Shown: in pieces, positions 35,705-49,660 of the stretch | Numbering within the stretch: the stretch's first letter is position 1 | Layout: every line of letters starts with the position of its first letter | NCBI RefSeq assembly: GCF_902713615.1 | Contig: NW_024055497.1 | Span: 1,520,420 to 1,584,419 of the forward strand | Direction: 5' to 3' | DNA length: 64,000 nt | Source: Scyliorhinus canicula | Taxonomy: Eukaryota | The notes under the pieces: generated by a model | Told to the model about the DNA's origin: nothing | Databases searched by the model: none | Seen by the model: only the letters and a program-made list of their open reading frames with translations | Made by a program: the position numbers and the translations under genes

Positions 35705-35990
35705 CTGGAGCTTTACTCTATATCTAACCCTGTGTTGTATCTGTCTGGGAGTGTTTGATGGGGTCAGTGTATAAAGGGTTTTCTTCTGTATCAAACCCCA
35801 TGCTGTACCTGCTTTGGGAGTATTTGATGGGACAGTGGCAAGGAGGATTTACATTGTATCTAACCTTGTGCTATACCTATTGTGGGAATGTTTGATGGGG
35901 AAAGCATCGAGGGAGATTTACTCTGTATCTTAACACCATTTTGTATCAGCCTTGGGAGTGTTTCATAGGGCAATGTAGAGGGAGCTGTGC
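35705..35990. repeat. Four degenerate copies of a roughly 67-bp minisatellite
   Basis: Unit resembles tttactctgtatctaaccc.gtgctgtacctg.ctgggagtgtttgatggggacagtgtagaggga. Confidence 0.75.
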
Positions 35991-36524
35991 TGTAACTGAT
36001 TGGAGAATGGTTTAAGCTGGCACTTGGTACTCAGATTTTCCAGTACAGACACCCTTCACGTTAAAAACATTTCATTCAGAGATAAGATAAACCATCACTG
36101 GTTCTCTTTCGAATGAAAAGAGCCCCAGTTTCTCTAATCCCTCCTGGTAACTAAAGCCTCTCTTCCCTGGGATCATCTCAGTGAATCTCTTCTACACCCT
36201 CTCCATGACCTTGACATCCTTCCTGGTGTAAGATCCCCAAAACCTGATCTAATATTCCAACTGCAGCCTAACCAATGATTTGTCCAGGTTTACATGACCT
36301 CTGTCCTTCTGTACTCCACACCCAGAATTATAAAACCTTTGATCCCATGTGTTTTTTAAACACTTTATCAACTTGTCCTCCCACACTGAAAAGTTTGTGT
36401 ATCTGAACTCATTTTCCAAGTTTTTGAAGACAATATAACATGGCTGAAATACATTGACATCCAATGTCTTATATATTGTGTGTTATGGGAGAGATAAATT
36501 CTGCGTTAGAAACTCAAACAGGCA

Positions 36525-36782
36525 CTTCGCTGCAGACAGGTCACCGTGGAAACGCTGATCAGACATTCCTTCACTGCAGACAGGTCACCATGGAAACGCT
36601 GATCAGACATTCCTGCACTGCAGACAGGTCACCATGGAATCGCTGATCAGACATTCCTTCACTGCAGACAGGTCACCATGGAAACGCTGATCAGACATTC
36701 CTTCACTGCAGACAGGTCACCATGGAAACGCTGATCAGCCATTCCATTCCACAGCATCGACTCATTGGAAACGCTAATCAGA
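36525..36782. repeat. 44-bp minisatellite (5 near-perfect copies plus 1 degenerate)
   Basis: ctgcagacaggtcaccatggaaacgctgatcagacattccttca at 36530, 36574, 36618, 36662 and 36706. Confidence 0.95.
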
Positions 36783-37419
36783 TCCTGGGGGGACGACAGA
36801 GTTTGTCTGTTATTAACCTCAACATAAACGTAAACCAAAGTGAATAATGGAACAGATTGAATTCTAATGTGTGATGTTTACAGCTACAGTCATGGAACTA
36901 TCAGAAATAATAATTTAAAAATAATGACTTATTGTCACGAGTAGGCTTCAATGAAGTTACTGTGAAAAGCCCCGAGTCGCCACATTCCGGCGCCTGTTCA
37001 GGGAGGCTGATACAGGAATTGAACCCGCGCTGCTGGCATTGTTGTGCATTACAAGCTAGCTGTTTAGCCCACTGTGCTAAACCACATAATAATAGAATTA
37101 ACAGGTAGGGTAGTTCAGGGAAAATGAGGAAATTACTGAAGTAACTGCTGCTAACCAAAAATGTGTCCTTGTAAATCACAGATTAGAGAAATTCTTGCTG
37201 TCTTTTCCTCATTTGCTGCATGAACTGTGTTCCGTAATGGCCACCTAACCTCAGGAAAGATAAAAGTTAAAGTCGTCAGAGTCCCAGATGAGCACAGGGT
37301 GAGATCCCCTTTGAGGGGGAGAGCTGACTGGTGGTGATTGGGATCACCACACCTCAGGCGAGGGACAAGGTTGAGAAGACATGTAGTGGAGAAGTAGGAG
37401 GGGCCGAAGATAGATCCTT

Positions 37420-37450
<31 letters not shown>

Positions 37451-38956
37451 ACCAAGTACAAGGAATTTGGAGAGGAAAGGGAGATTGGAGATGTCTTGGA
37501 AATTTTCAAAGATGGTGGGGTCAAGTGTTCTGTTTAGGATGGGTGATGATGTTGCATTTAAAGTGAGAGAGACAGAACCAAATGAGAGAGAACTGGAAAC
37601 GTATCAACTAACATAGAGAAGTTGGATGGTCAACTGTTTTGTGAGAAGAGTCAAGGGAACAGAAGTTGGGTCTCATGGACAATATAAACTCAGAGGGAGA
37701 TAGAAGATAGGAGAGAAACTAGAGAAGTATTCAAGAATCCAGATTCTGTTAAAAGCGCACGAGCAGCCCCGGCCTCAATTAAAACATGATCACAAATGTG
37801 TTCCAAATGAATACCTGAGCCATGAGTAAATTGGCATAGAGTGTTGAGATGTTCACTTTGTTCAGTGATTGGCCTGGATAAATGGAGTTTGATTGATAGG
37901 ATACTCATGGTAGCACAATGGTTAGCACTGTAGCTTCACAGCACCAGAATCACCCTCTGTGCCGAGTCTGTACTTTCTCCCCGCATGTCTGCATGGGTTT
38001 CCTCCGAGCGCACCAGTTTCTTCCCACAAGTTCCAAAAGATGTGCTGTTAGGTAATTTGAACATTCTGAATCTCCCTCGGTGTACCCGAACAGGTGCCAG
38101 AGTGCGGCGACTAGGGGCTTTTCACAGTAACTTCATTGCAGTGTTAATGTAAGCCTTGTGACAATAAAGATTATTATACTGGCACCAATAGTGAGGAGAA
38201 TGTTGCACCATTGGGCTGACCTTCACTTGAACCACACTGGAAGTAGTGCCTGGGTGAATCAAACAACTAGGGCTGCAGACAGAGCTTTAAACATATTAGT
38301 GGGTGAGGGGACAGGGTTGTAGTGAGGGGAAATTTGGAAAGTTGATGAGAAAGGACAAGGCAGTAATACAGGACAGACAATAATAACCAGAATGTGACAT
38401 TAAGTAGAGATAGAAGATATTATAAAATTCATTGATGGCAATTTAGTGTGACCAATCCACCTACTCTGCAGACACGGGGAGAATGTGCAAACTCCAAACG
38501 GACAGTAACCCGGGGCTGGGATCAAACCCGGGTCCTCAGCCCCATGAGGCAGCCACCGTGCCTCCACTCTAGAGGTCAAATCTGACACGGAGATTATGCA
38601 GAGTGTGGTTCAGCCTCAGACAGTTTCCAGGGAGAGGGATGGACTCGGGAGTTAGGGAACGGAATTTGTGATGGTGACTGAAGACAATGGCTTTGATCTG
38701 CCCAATTTTTAATTGAATGAAATTTCTGCTCATCCAGTACTGGGTGTGGGATAATCAGTTTGATAATTTAAAGCGGTGGAGGAATGGAGAGGGATGGTGG
38801 TGAGGTAGAGCTGGGTGTTGTCAGTGTCCATGTGAAAACTAACACGGTGCTTTTGGATGATGTCACCTAGTGGCAGCGGGTAGATGGGAAATAGGAGGGG
38901 CCGAGGACAGAGCCTTGGGGGACATAGAGTGCACGGACTTTGGACAGGAAAGGGAG

Positions 38957-39521
38957 TGATGAGACCACCAATTCACGCGACACGTGGTTAGAAGTAAACA
39001 GTGGTTTTAATCGTCTTACAACAGAGCCTGCCTATGACACGATGAACTCCAGATGAACTGGCAGGCAGGCTCTCAGCATCAATCTTTATACTAGGGCAGC
39101 ACAGTGGCACAGTGGTTAGCATTGCTGCCTACGGCGCTGAGGATCAGGGTTCGAATCCCGGCCCTGGGTCACTGTCCGTGTGGAGGTTGCACATTCTCCC
39201 CGTGTCTGCGTGGGTTTCGCACCCACAACCCAAAGATGTGCAGGTTAGGTGAATTGGCCACGCTAAATTGCCCCTTAATTGGAAAAAATAATTGGGTACT
39301 CTAAACTTTAGGGAAAAAAAGAAAAAAAAAACCTTTATTCTTCCGGTTAGGGGGAGGAGCCGTGGGTGGAGCCAAGGGTGGAGCCCAGTACAAACTCCCG
39401 TACACTCCCAGTACATCTCCCCTTAGTGGCAGAGCAGTGCAACTGCTCGTGTGCCGAGCTTACAGAGACATAGTACAACATGTGTAATACAGTGTGAATT
39501 ACGCTGCTGTGATTCACTACA
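38957..39521 (-). mobile_element. Solo LTR with a SINE (about 39095-39335) inserted
   Basis: TG...CA ends, 5-bp duplication GGGAG at 38952-38956 and 39522-39526. Confidence 0.75.
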
Positions 39522-40032
39522 GGGAGATTGGAGATGGAGGAGTAATTTACAAAGGTGGGAGGGCCAAGTGTTTTTTTAGGATCGATGATGACAGTGGATT
39601 TAATGCTGAGAGAGACAGTACCAGCAGAGAGAGAGCTGTTCCCAATATCGGTTCACATGGAGAAGTTGGAATGCCAGCAGTTTGTGGGAATTATCAATGG
39701 AGCAGAATGGGGGGGAGGGGTGGGGGGGGTCTCATGGACAAGGTGAGATCTGACAGGAAGTAGGAGAAAAAATTGGAGAAAGATGTAAGTTCAGAACTTG
39801 GACAAAAATATACTTTACAGACAGTTTGGTCCGGTAGGTTAGTGGAGGGAAGCAGCAGAGGCAGCTGATCGGATTGACTCAATCTCAGTGAGAAAAAAGC
39901 TGCGTGAGCTCCTCACAGTTGTTGTTGGAGGTGAGGATGGAGGAGATGGGGAGAAGAGACCTTGAAAAGAAACTAACTTGTGTTAGCGATATTAAAAAGA
40001 CACAACACCCTTTGTTTAACACAAACTGATTT

Positions 40033-41872
40033 TTGTTTTATAAATGTTTTTATTCTCCATTTTCACATTTTCCCTCAAATTTTACACCCCACCCACAGAC
40101 ACTAAACGGTAACAAATACAAAATCAATCCCCTTAACAATAATAACGATCCCATCCTCCCACCATCCCAAACTACGGCCCACCTGTCAATATAAGCATCC
40201 AATAAAACAACCCCTCCCACGGTGGAAACAAAAAACAAAGGCGAAGAAGAAAAAAGGAGTCCGGAACCCCCATGGTCATCATCGAGTCCACCCCCCCCCC
40301 TCCCCCCCTTACACTCAACGCCATCCAACCTCTGAAAGTGCCGTACGTGATACCCAAGAGTTGTAAACCGCCCCCCCCCCCCCCCCCCCACCAAATCCTC
40401 CCGTCCACTGCCTCTTGTAAAACTCCTCCCCCAATCTCGGTTCCTTGCCCCCAACTTTACACCCTGGCTAGACCACTCGGACCCTGTTCGGCCAGGCTCT
40501 GGTGGCCGCAGCCCCTCCCCCATCTCACTCCCGTTCACTGACCGGCTTAAACCGGCCAACGAGGAGGCCCCCGCCCGGGTCCCTTCCCCCCTTGCCCGGC
40601 CCCAGGAAAGCCCAGAAATCCCCTTTTAGCGCACAAACCCCGCATATCTACCTGCACCCCAAAGAACCCTCACTTCGAGTGAAAGTCCCATCACTTCCCT
40701 TGTCCAAATATATACAACATCGGCTCCTTTAGCCCATACACTCACACGCAGTGAAACAAAAAAAAGGAAGAAAATGCAGTCATGAGGCTACATCGGCACA
40801 TGGCCATTTCTCAGTTCTGCCACAGTCCTTCTGTCTTTGCAAACTCCTCCGTTGCTTCCGCCGTTCCAACGTAAAAGTCCTTGAGCTTGCAAGTCACCCT
40901 TAGCTTCGCTGGATATACAATGCCGCACTGCACCTTGCTAATGTACAGTGCCCTCTTCACCCGGTTGAAAGCAGCCCGCCTCCTCGCCAGCTCCACCGTA
41001 AAGTCCTGGTATACACGTATACCAGCTCCAGCCCACTGCACCACCCACTTCTGCTTGGCCCAGCACAGGACCTTCTCTTTCACACAGTACCTACGGAAGC
41101 ACAGAGCCACTATCCTTGGCGGCTCACACGCCTTTGGTACAGGCCTCCACGACCAATGAGCCCGATCCAGTTCATATCGGGAGGGATCCCCCTCCTGCCC
41201 CAATAGCTTCACCAGCATAGCGGCAAAATACTCAGTCGGCCTCGGCCCTTCAACTCCTTCGGGCAGCCCCACAATCCTCAAATTCTGTCACCTGGATCTG
41301 TTTTCCAGGTCTTCCATTTTCCCTCGCAGATCATTGTTAATCTCCATCACCGTCCGCATCTCCTTCCCCATTGAGATAAGTTGATCACCATGCTGCAATA
41401 ATGTCTCCTCCACTTCCTTCAGCGCCTCCCCTTGCTCCCGCACCTCTGCTACTGCGCTTGCCACCGCCGTCCTCAGCAGGGATATCACCTCCTCCACCAG
41501 CACACTCAAAACCTCCCTCATCTCCTTCCTCATTGTCTCCATGTATTTTGTAAACTGCCTTTCAAATTCCGCAGCCATCACCATAGCTATTTCTTCAGCC
41601 GTAAGCAATGCGGCCTCCCCTGGTGCTCCCGCCTCCATTTTCCTTTGACCCCGCGGTGACCTTTCTACTCCCCGACGGACTTTCAGCTGTTTTGACAGCC
41701 GTTGTTTTACTGGTCCTCGACATATCCCTTCCCTGTGCTTTCTCCTGTCCTTCACAACCTTCGCTGCCCCGAGGACCGGGCGTCAATCCCCGACAATGCC
41801 GTTCCCGAACGGGAGCCCTCCAACGAGCGGCTACCTCCCGCCCGCCGTCACTGGAAGTCCCGAACATAAACT
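40033..41872 (-). mobile_element. ORF1-only L1-type retroelement (half-L1-like)
   Basis: L1-like 5' end gacttccagtgacggcg. ORF1 with coiled coil then ENRSR*QNLRIVGLPEG...RVYQDFT...YPAKLRV (one stop at 41288). No ORF2. AATAAA and A-rich end. 15-bp duplication with 1 mismatch (40018-40032, 41873-41887). Confidence 0.85.
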
Positions 41873-42002
41873 GATTTGACTTGATGTTTATTCAGAATTT
41901 AATTCCTTGTGACTGGAGTAGAGTTTATAAACATCAGAGGCAATTGACCCCAGTGAACATGTTCCAGTCCAGGATGTGATGAACAGCAACCAATCACTGA
42001 AG

Positions 42003-42612
42003 TTACTTGTGAACTTGCTGGTGCATCAGCAGGTTGGATAACTGTGTGAATCCCCTCCTACACTCGGAGCAGGTGAACGGCTTCTCTCCAGTGTGAACTC
42101 GCTGGTGTACAATGAGGTCAGATGATCGCCTGAATCCACTTCCACAGTGAGAGCACCTGAACGGTCTCTCATCAGTATGAATACGGTGATGACATATCAA
42201 TTCCCCAGAACTTTTATAACACTTCTCACTTCTCACAGTCTGGACATTTAAATGGTCTCTCCCCAGTGTGAACTCGCTTATGTACAGAGAGGTCAGGTGA
42301 TCGTCTGAACCCAGTCCCGCAGTGAAAGCACCTGAACGGTCTCTCGTCAGTGTGAACACGTTGATGGGACAACAGTTCCCCAGAACTTTTATAACACTTC
42401 CCACAGTCTGGACATTTAAATGGTCTCTCCCCAGTGTGAACTCGCTGGTGTCTCAGCAGATTGGAGGAATGAGCAAATCCTTTCCCACACTGCGAACAGG
42501 TGAACGGTCTCTCCACAGTGTGAGTGCGCTGATAGATTTTCAACTTGGATGGATAATTAAATCCCTTCCCACAATCCTCACATTCCCATGGTTTTTCCCC
42601 ATGTGACTGCAT
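42003..42612 (-). pseudogene. C2H2-ZNF gene with frameshift (4 fingers, stop, then about 3 more fingers out of frame)
   Basis: A 7-bp duplication gagaagt-gagaagt near 42220-42235 creates TGA at 42226. Confidence 0.8.
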
Positions 42613-43224
42613 TTATGTTTCGAAAGGCCAAATGATCGACTGAAGCCTTGTCCACACACAGAACACGTGTACGGTTTCTCCCCTCTGAACGGTGCATCTA
42701 CCTTCCATCTTCAAACTCCCATGATATTTGTGTTACGAATGTTTTGGTGAGTGTAGATCCTGATGTGATGTTTAGTTTGAATTTCCTGACTGAAATTCCT
42801 TCACTTCTAATACTCTGCGAAAGTGATTCATGAGCTGCCGTCAATCACCCGGGCATTGTGACAGTTCCAGTTGGTGAGCGCGGCCACAGGCTCAGGCTGA
42901 CTCGCTGATTGTCCAATAATAACAGTGAGAGTCTCAGTGGGACAATCAGACAATAATAGTGGAGATGGGGCCCAGAGGAGAAACAGCAAAGGATTCACTC
43001 ACTTTGAGAGTAACAAACACAGTCTCTGTTCCCATAATAAGAATCAGGCTGTGGAGTGTGAGTGAACACATCATTGGATCCAATGTAATGATAATACAGT
43101 GAGAATCTAGAAAACCATGACTAAATTTGGTTTTCAAATAATAGTGAAGTAGTCATGGTTTGTTGACAACATAATATAATCCACTTCTGGTGTGTGTTGA
43201 TTTGTCCCATTAGACAATAACCTT

Positions 43225-43725
43225 AAAAAAATAAATTCAGGGTACCCAATCCATTTTTTTCCAATTAAGGGGCAATTTAGTGTGGCCAATCCACCTACCC
43301 TGCACATCTTCAGGTTGTGGGGGTGAGACACACGCAGACTCAGGGAGAATGTGCAGACACCACACTGAAAGTGACCCAGGGCAAGGATCAAAATCGGGAC
43401 CTTGGCACCACGAGTAGCACAGTTGCTTAACAGCTCCAGAATCCCAGGTTCGATTCCCGTCTTGGGTCAATGTCTGTGCGGAGTCTGCATGTTCTCCCCG
43501 TGTCTACATGGGTTTCCTCCAGGTGCTCCAGTTTCCTCCCACAGTCCAAAGATGTGCAGGTTAGGTGGATTGGCCGTGCTAAATTGCCCTTAGTGTCAAA
43601 AAAAGGTTAGATGGGGTTACGGGTATAGGGGGGAGGTGTGGGCTTAGATAGGGCGATCTTTCCATGGGCCTGTGCAGACCTGATGGGCCGAATGGCCTCC
43701 TTCTGCACTGTAAATTCTAGGATCT
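43225..43725. mobile_element. Head-to-head SINE pair (about 43225-43410 - and 43400-43725 +)
   Basis: Family-typical bodies in opposite orientation. Confidence 0.7.
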
Positions 43726-44104
43726 AGTGCTCAGCACTAGGCCACAATGCCACCCCTTTATTAGACAATAAACTGCCTTTTATTCCAATTCTGGTGTCTG
43801 TTACCACTTCAGGTTCTGGGCTGAATGGAGTTGGGTATAATAAACAACGTCTGGTTCCAGTGTCTCTGAGGTCATTGTAACTGCGGGTAAACGACATTAA
43901 TTGAGACAAAAGACCCAACAAACATCCCTGTAATAGGAGGACAAGGTGTAAGGAAGTAATGGTATTTTGAGGTTTCTGTGTTGTGGTGAGTGTCACTGGG
44001 AGGTGTGTGATAAAATAGGAATGGAAACATGACAGAGACACGTGTGACTGACTCCACCTGACTGAGAGCTGTTATACCCAAGGGGACAGCAATGAGGACA
44101 TGGG

Positions 44105-44708
44105 GAACTCCAGAGATTTCTGATAACTGAGGTACATCAGTTCCTTCTCATAGTTCTCGAGTTACAGTCACACAGGAAACGTATCTGACAGCTCATCAAA
44201 ATTAAAGTTTTAATCTTCTCTTTGAGACATTTTGTGATTGAAAAGATCAAATGTTAAAACATCAGTTTGAGGAAAATTCAGAATGTCACAAAGATGAGTG
44301 AACTGTCCAATTAACCCCATTCACCATAACTCTGCCAGTTTACCCTCTGCAAGTGTTTAGTCAATTCCCTTTGAAAGTTACTGTGAAATCTGCTTCCAGA
44401 GAACTCCAGAGATTTCTGCTTTCTGAGGTACATCAGTTAGAGGAACTGAAAATATTCAGTTCCTTCTCATAGTTCCCGAGTTACACAGTCACACAGGAAA
44501 TGTATCTGACAGCTCATCAAAATTAGTTTTAATTTCTTTGAGACACATTTTGATTGAAAAGATCAAATGTCAAAACATCAGTTAGAGGAAATGTAGACAG
44601 TCACAAAGATGAATGAACTGTGCAATTAACCCCATTCACCATAACTCTGCCAATTTACCCTCTGCAAGTGTTACTCTCTTTGAAAGTTACTGTTAAATCT
44701 GCTTCCAG
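44105..44708. repeat. Tandem duplication of about 300 bp
   Basis: gaactccagagatttctg... at 44105 and 44401, diverged with indels. Confidence 0.9.
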
Positions 44709-45349
44709 CAGCCTGTCAGTGTGAATTCCAGATCACATCACATCACTGTGTAAAAACCATTCTCCTCATCACCCCCTTGGGTTCTGTTGCCAAATATCTT
44801 AAATCTCTGTGACCTCTGGTTACAAACCCTCCTGCTCTTGGGAAACAGTTTCTCCCCATCGACACTATCACAAATCCTTCCCCATTTTAAACACCTCTAT
44901 TAAATCTCCCCTTCACTTTCCCTGATCTCAGAGGGCCAATCCCTGTTTCTCCTGCTCTGAGTCACCGGGACTCGAAACGTTAACCCTGTTTCTCTCAGGA
45001 CTGATGCTGCCAGAATGGCTCAGTTTTTCCAACATTTACTGTTTTTCTCCTGCTTTTTCCTTCTTCAATCTATCACAAACACTTCATGATTTGAACACCT
45101 CATTGAATAGGAACATACAGAGATTGAGAGAGATACAGAGGAAAGGAGAGAGAGACTGAGAGAAGAACTGAGAGATTAAAAAAAAGAAAGATGAGAAATA
45201 GGGGAAACAAGTAACACAGAAAGAATGATATAAAATATAAGGGAGCAGGTTATCAGTTCCCAGCTACAGAGAGCAGAGGGAACCCAGTGACGGATCCACA
45301 GACACAGCCGGTTCTGTCCGGGAATGGAGACTCTGAACAGAAATAAGCG

Positions 45350-46092
45350 GGATGTGGAGATGCCGCCGTTGGACTGGGGTGAGCACAGTAAGAAGCCTTA
45401 CAACACCAGGTTAAAGTCCAACAGGTTTGTTTCAAACACGAGCTTTCGGAACACTGCTCCTTCCTCAGGTGAATGAAGAGATATGTTCTAGAACCTATAT
45501 ATATATATATATATAGACAGTCAAAGATGCCAGACAATGTTTGGAATACGAGCATTTGGACAGTTGGTAGGATTTTGCAAGTCCAGGCCAGATGGTGGGG
45601 GGTGGATGTAATGCGACATGAATCCAAGATCCCGGTTGAGGCCGCACTCATGTGTGCGGAACTTGGCTATAAGTTTCTGCTCGGCAATTCTGCGTTGTCG
45701 CGTGTCCTGAAGACCGCCTTGGAGAACGCTTACCTGGAGATCAGAGGCTGAATGCCCTTGACTTCTGAAGTGTTCCCCGACTGGATCTTGGATTCATGTC
45801 GCATTACATTCACCCCCCACGATCTGGCCTGGACTTTCAAAATCCTACCAACTGTCCTGGTTTGAGACAATTCACATCTCTTTAACCTGGGATTACTCCT
45901 ATCTCTGGATCTGTAAAGACTTGATTACCCGCAAATGCTCGCATTCCAAGCATTGTCTGGCATCTTTGACTTTGTCTATATGTATGTTCTGGAACATACC
46001 TCTCCATTCACCTGAGGAAGGAGCAGTGCTCCAAAAGCTCGAGTTTGAAACAAACCTGTTGGAATTTAACCTGGTGTTGTAAGACTTCTTAC
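45350..46092. mobile_element. Penelope fold-back remnant (inverted termini around a GIY-YIG 3' tail)
   Basis: Minus strand IAEQKLIAKFRTHECGLNRDLGFMSHY; inverted terminal arms; hammerhead motif 45437-45471 (-). Confidence 0.85.
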
Positions 46093-47789
46093 AGAAATAA
46101 CCGGCTCATTTGTAAATGTCACCACAATGTGATTAGTGTGACTCTGCCCTGACTCTGTGGGCAGATATAGGCCGCATTGACAGATGTTCTCGCCAGATTG
46201 TGGTCCCTGCATTTATTTTCTGTTCAGAAGTGAGATGTGCGGTTTGGAACCGGCAGCAGAGAAACAGGAAGTTGTGTTTCCTGAGAATGAAACAGCAGGC
46301 GTCAGTTTCATGTTATCACCGTGAACAGTCTTCCTGCCTGTGAGGGTGAACTCACTCTGACAGCATCAAGAATACCCACACAGATTGCTGCCGGTCTCAG
46401 CATTACATTCACATCCATTCCCATTTTAAACATCAAAATATGAGGTTATTTAGATTTTTTACTTATTCACTGAGTTGGAAGATGGACTGAGGATTATCAC
46501 TGGGAGAAATACGGGGACATTATACTAAATTAAATTTTCCTCAAAGGGTTATTAGAAAATAGGAGATTAAAAGTGAGTCAGGGCCAATCAGAGAGAAAGT
46601 GGAAGATAGAGAAAGGATTGAGTCTCCATAAATGAGATGTTGGAGGAGAGGTTCAGTGTGTTTGGTGCTTCTTCAGAGAGAGAAATTAAGTGAGTTTAGG
46701 CGTTCTCTGAACTAGAAAGGTTAAAGGAGTGAATGTCTGAGAGAAAGATAGAGAGGTGGGAGGTATGTGAAATGAGTGAGTGTGAGAGCGGAGAGAGGTT
46801 AAGTGAGAAACTGAGAGAGAAGAGAGATGTCTAGTGAATGAGAGACAGGAGAGCAGGTTCACATACCCGAGGATCACTGAGAATGATCAGAATAAGGAGA
46901 CCACCCAGAAAACAGCCAATAGGAATCTTCAGCTGAACACATCACTCATTCTTAAAGGGACAGCCGGGGCTCTGACACTGCTCAGCTCCCAGTTAAAGGG
47001 GCAGATACAGCTCCGATCTTTTCTCTAGTATGTTGATAATTGTTAAAGGCCCGTAGGGCTGAGGTTTATTTAAAAGGAAAGAATATGGGAAGCACACATC
47101 AATAAAACTGGGAATTCTTGGACACACACTGGAGCTCCTTCTTTATCCAGGAATGAAACTGTTGTCTAATTGTCGCAGCAGTTAACAGCTACTATTTTAA
47201 CGCAGACTTAAACCAATCAATTTTAAGTAGGTTTCTATTCAATTAATTCATTGTGACTGTCACAAAAACACATTTTCAGTCTGGAACCAGCTGTTTTACA
47301 TTCAATCAAGAACACCACAGTTTTACACCAATCTCAGATTTAATAGCACATTTCAGGCATTTACCTTTGTTCTTCCTGACTCTAAACACAGTTGTAAAGG
47401 AGACTCTGAACCATGGAAGAGAGTGGTTGGGACACATTTCTTACATGCCTCAGGATTAACCACACGGCGACTTTGCTGTCAGTGAAGCGAGATGAGAAAG
47501 ACCAACGTGTCATTTGTCCCTCTCAGTATGACCCTGAAGGACTGTGTCCAGGCTGATGTTCTGTTCCTGCCGTGTGATGCTCCCCAGATTGCCCTTTCTG
47601 AGCTCCAGAAAGGTGATGTTAAACACTCAGGTGAAAAAGATAAAAATCTGCAATAACGTTTCAAACAAAGCTGATTTACTTCACATTTATTCAGAATAAT
47701 AAACCTCATCAGCAGATTAAGACAGTCAGACTGAACATTATTCAGTGTCCAGGACATGACTAACAGCATCAGTAAGGGTATAATCTAAA

Positions 47790-48622
<833 letters not shown>

Positions 48623-49289
48623 GGTGAGGGTGTCCTCGTGTCTCTCCCGGTTGAAGCATTGTCCACACACAAAACATGCGTATAATTTCTTCGTGCAGTG
48701 AATGGTGCATTACTTTTTGTTGAGGCTGTGCAACTGGTTAAAGCTCTCTCCGCAGTTAGTTCATTGGAACACTCTCACTTGGGTGTGTGCGCATCGGTGC
48801 TTTTGCAGTCACACTGCTGAAGCAGAACAACCATTTCTCCTTCCAAATTCAAAGACTGATGATATTCAGCTGCTAATGAATCAAGTGGCTGTCAGATTTC
48901 AATGTGATATTTGGTTTGAGTTTTCTGTCGGCCAATCCTTCACATCCAACATCCTGTAAAAGGAGTTTACAAAAGCCATCACTGTCAATCCAGGATATAA
49001 ATTCTGAAGAGACAATTCTAGTTTATCTGGAACATTTTTTCCTCTCTTGTTCCCCCAAAGCTGTAAATCCCCGTCCCATACACTCTCCCTCCTCCCTGGG
49101 CTGAAATGCAAACCCATTTCACCATCTGCACCATTTCTTTTCTCCACTCCCAGTTTTCTCCCTCCCTCTCCTCTGCCTGGGTTCAGTTCTCCAGCTCCTG
49201 TCTGCAGACTGACAATAAAACCAATGGGTCTTATTGGGGGGTTTGGGTTCTCACCATTGTCCCCGCTCGCGGCGGCTCTCATTCAACCT

Positions 49290-49660
49290 CTGGGAGCACT
49301 GCGACTGCGCTCAGCCCGGAGCAACACCGCGCATGCTCCGCACCGAGAGACGATTTTCGGGGGTGGGGCATTCTGACGCCTGCGCGTTCCGGCTTCTGTG
49401 CTGGAGATAGGGCGTATTCATCCGCGCCTGGCATTCCGGGTAGTCTCATCCATTATTCCATTACTTTGCTCAGGGTGAGAAATTGGTTCCGGCACTTTTG
49501 CTACAGTTCGGTGTTTGTACCGAATGGGGCGGCCGCATCGGTGTTTTTCTCTCTGATCGGCCTCTGTTAACGGCTGTCATCTGTTTAGGGGGCGATATGC
49601 AGCAGGGCGCATGCGCGGCCGTCTTGGACCCGGAAGCCGGAAGAGAGAATCTTGCGAATT
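49290..49660. promoter_or_regulatory. CpG-rich, probably bidirectional promoter
   Basis: GCGCATGC at about 49330, GCGCATGCGC at about 49607, tandem CCGGAAG at about 49630-49643. Lies between the minus-strand ZNF 5' end and a plus-strand ZNF last-exon relic (49690-49870). Confidence 0.55.

Noticed and set aside
39095-39180. tRNA genes at gtggcacagtggttagc...ggttcgaatccc heads
   Set aside because: They are A/B-box heads of SINEs that continue into SINE bodies; no complete cloverleaf.
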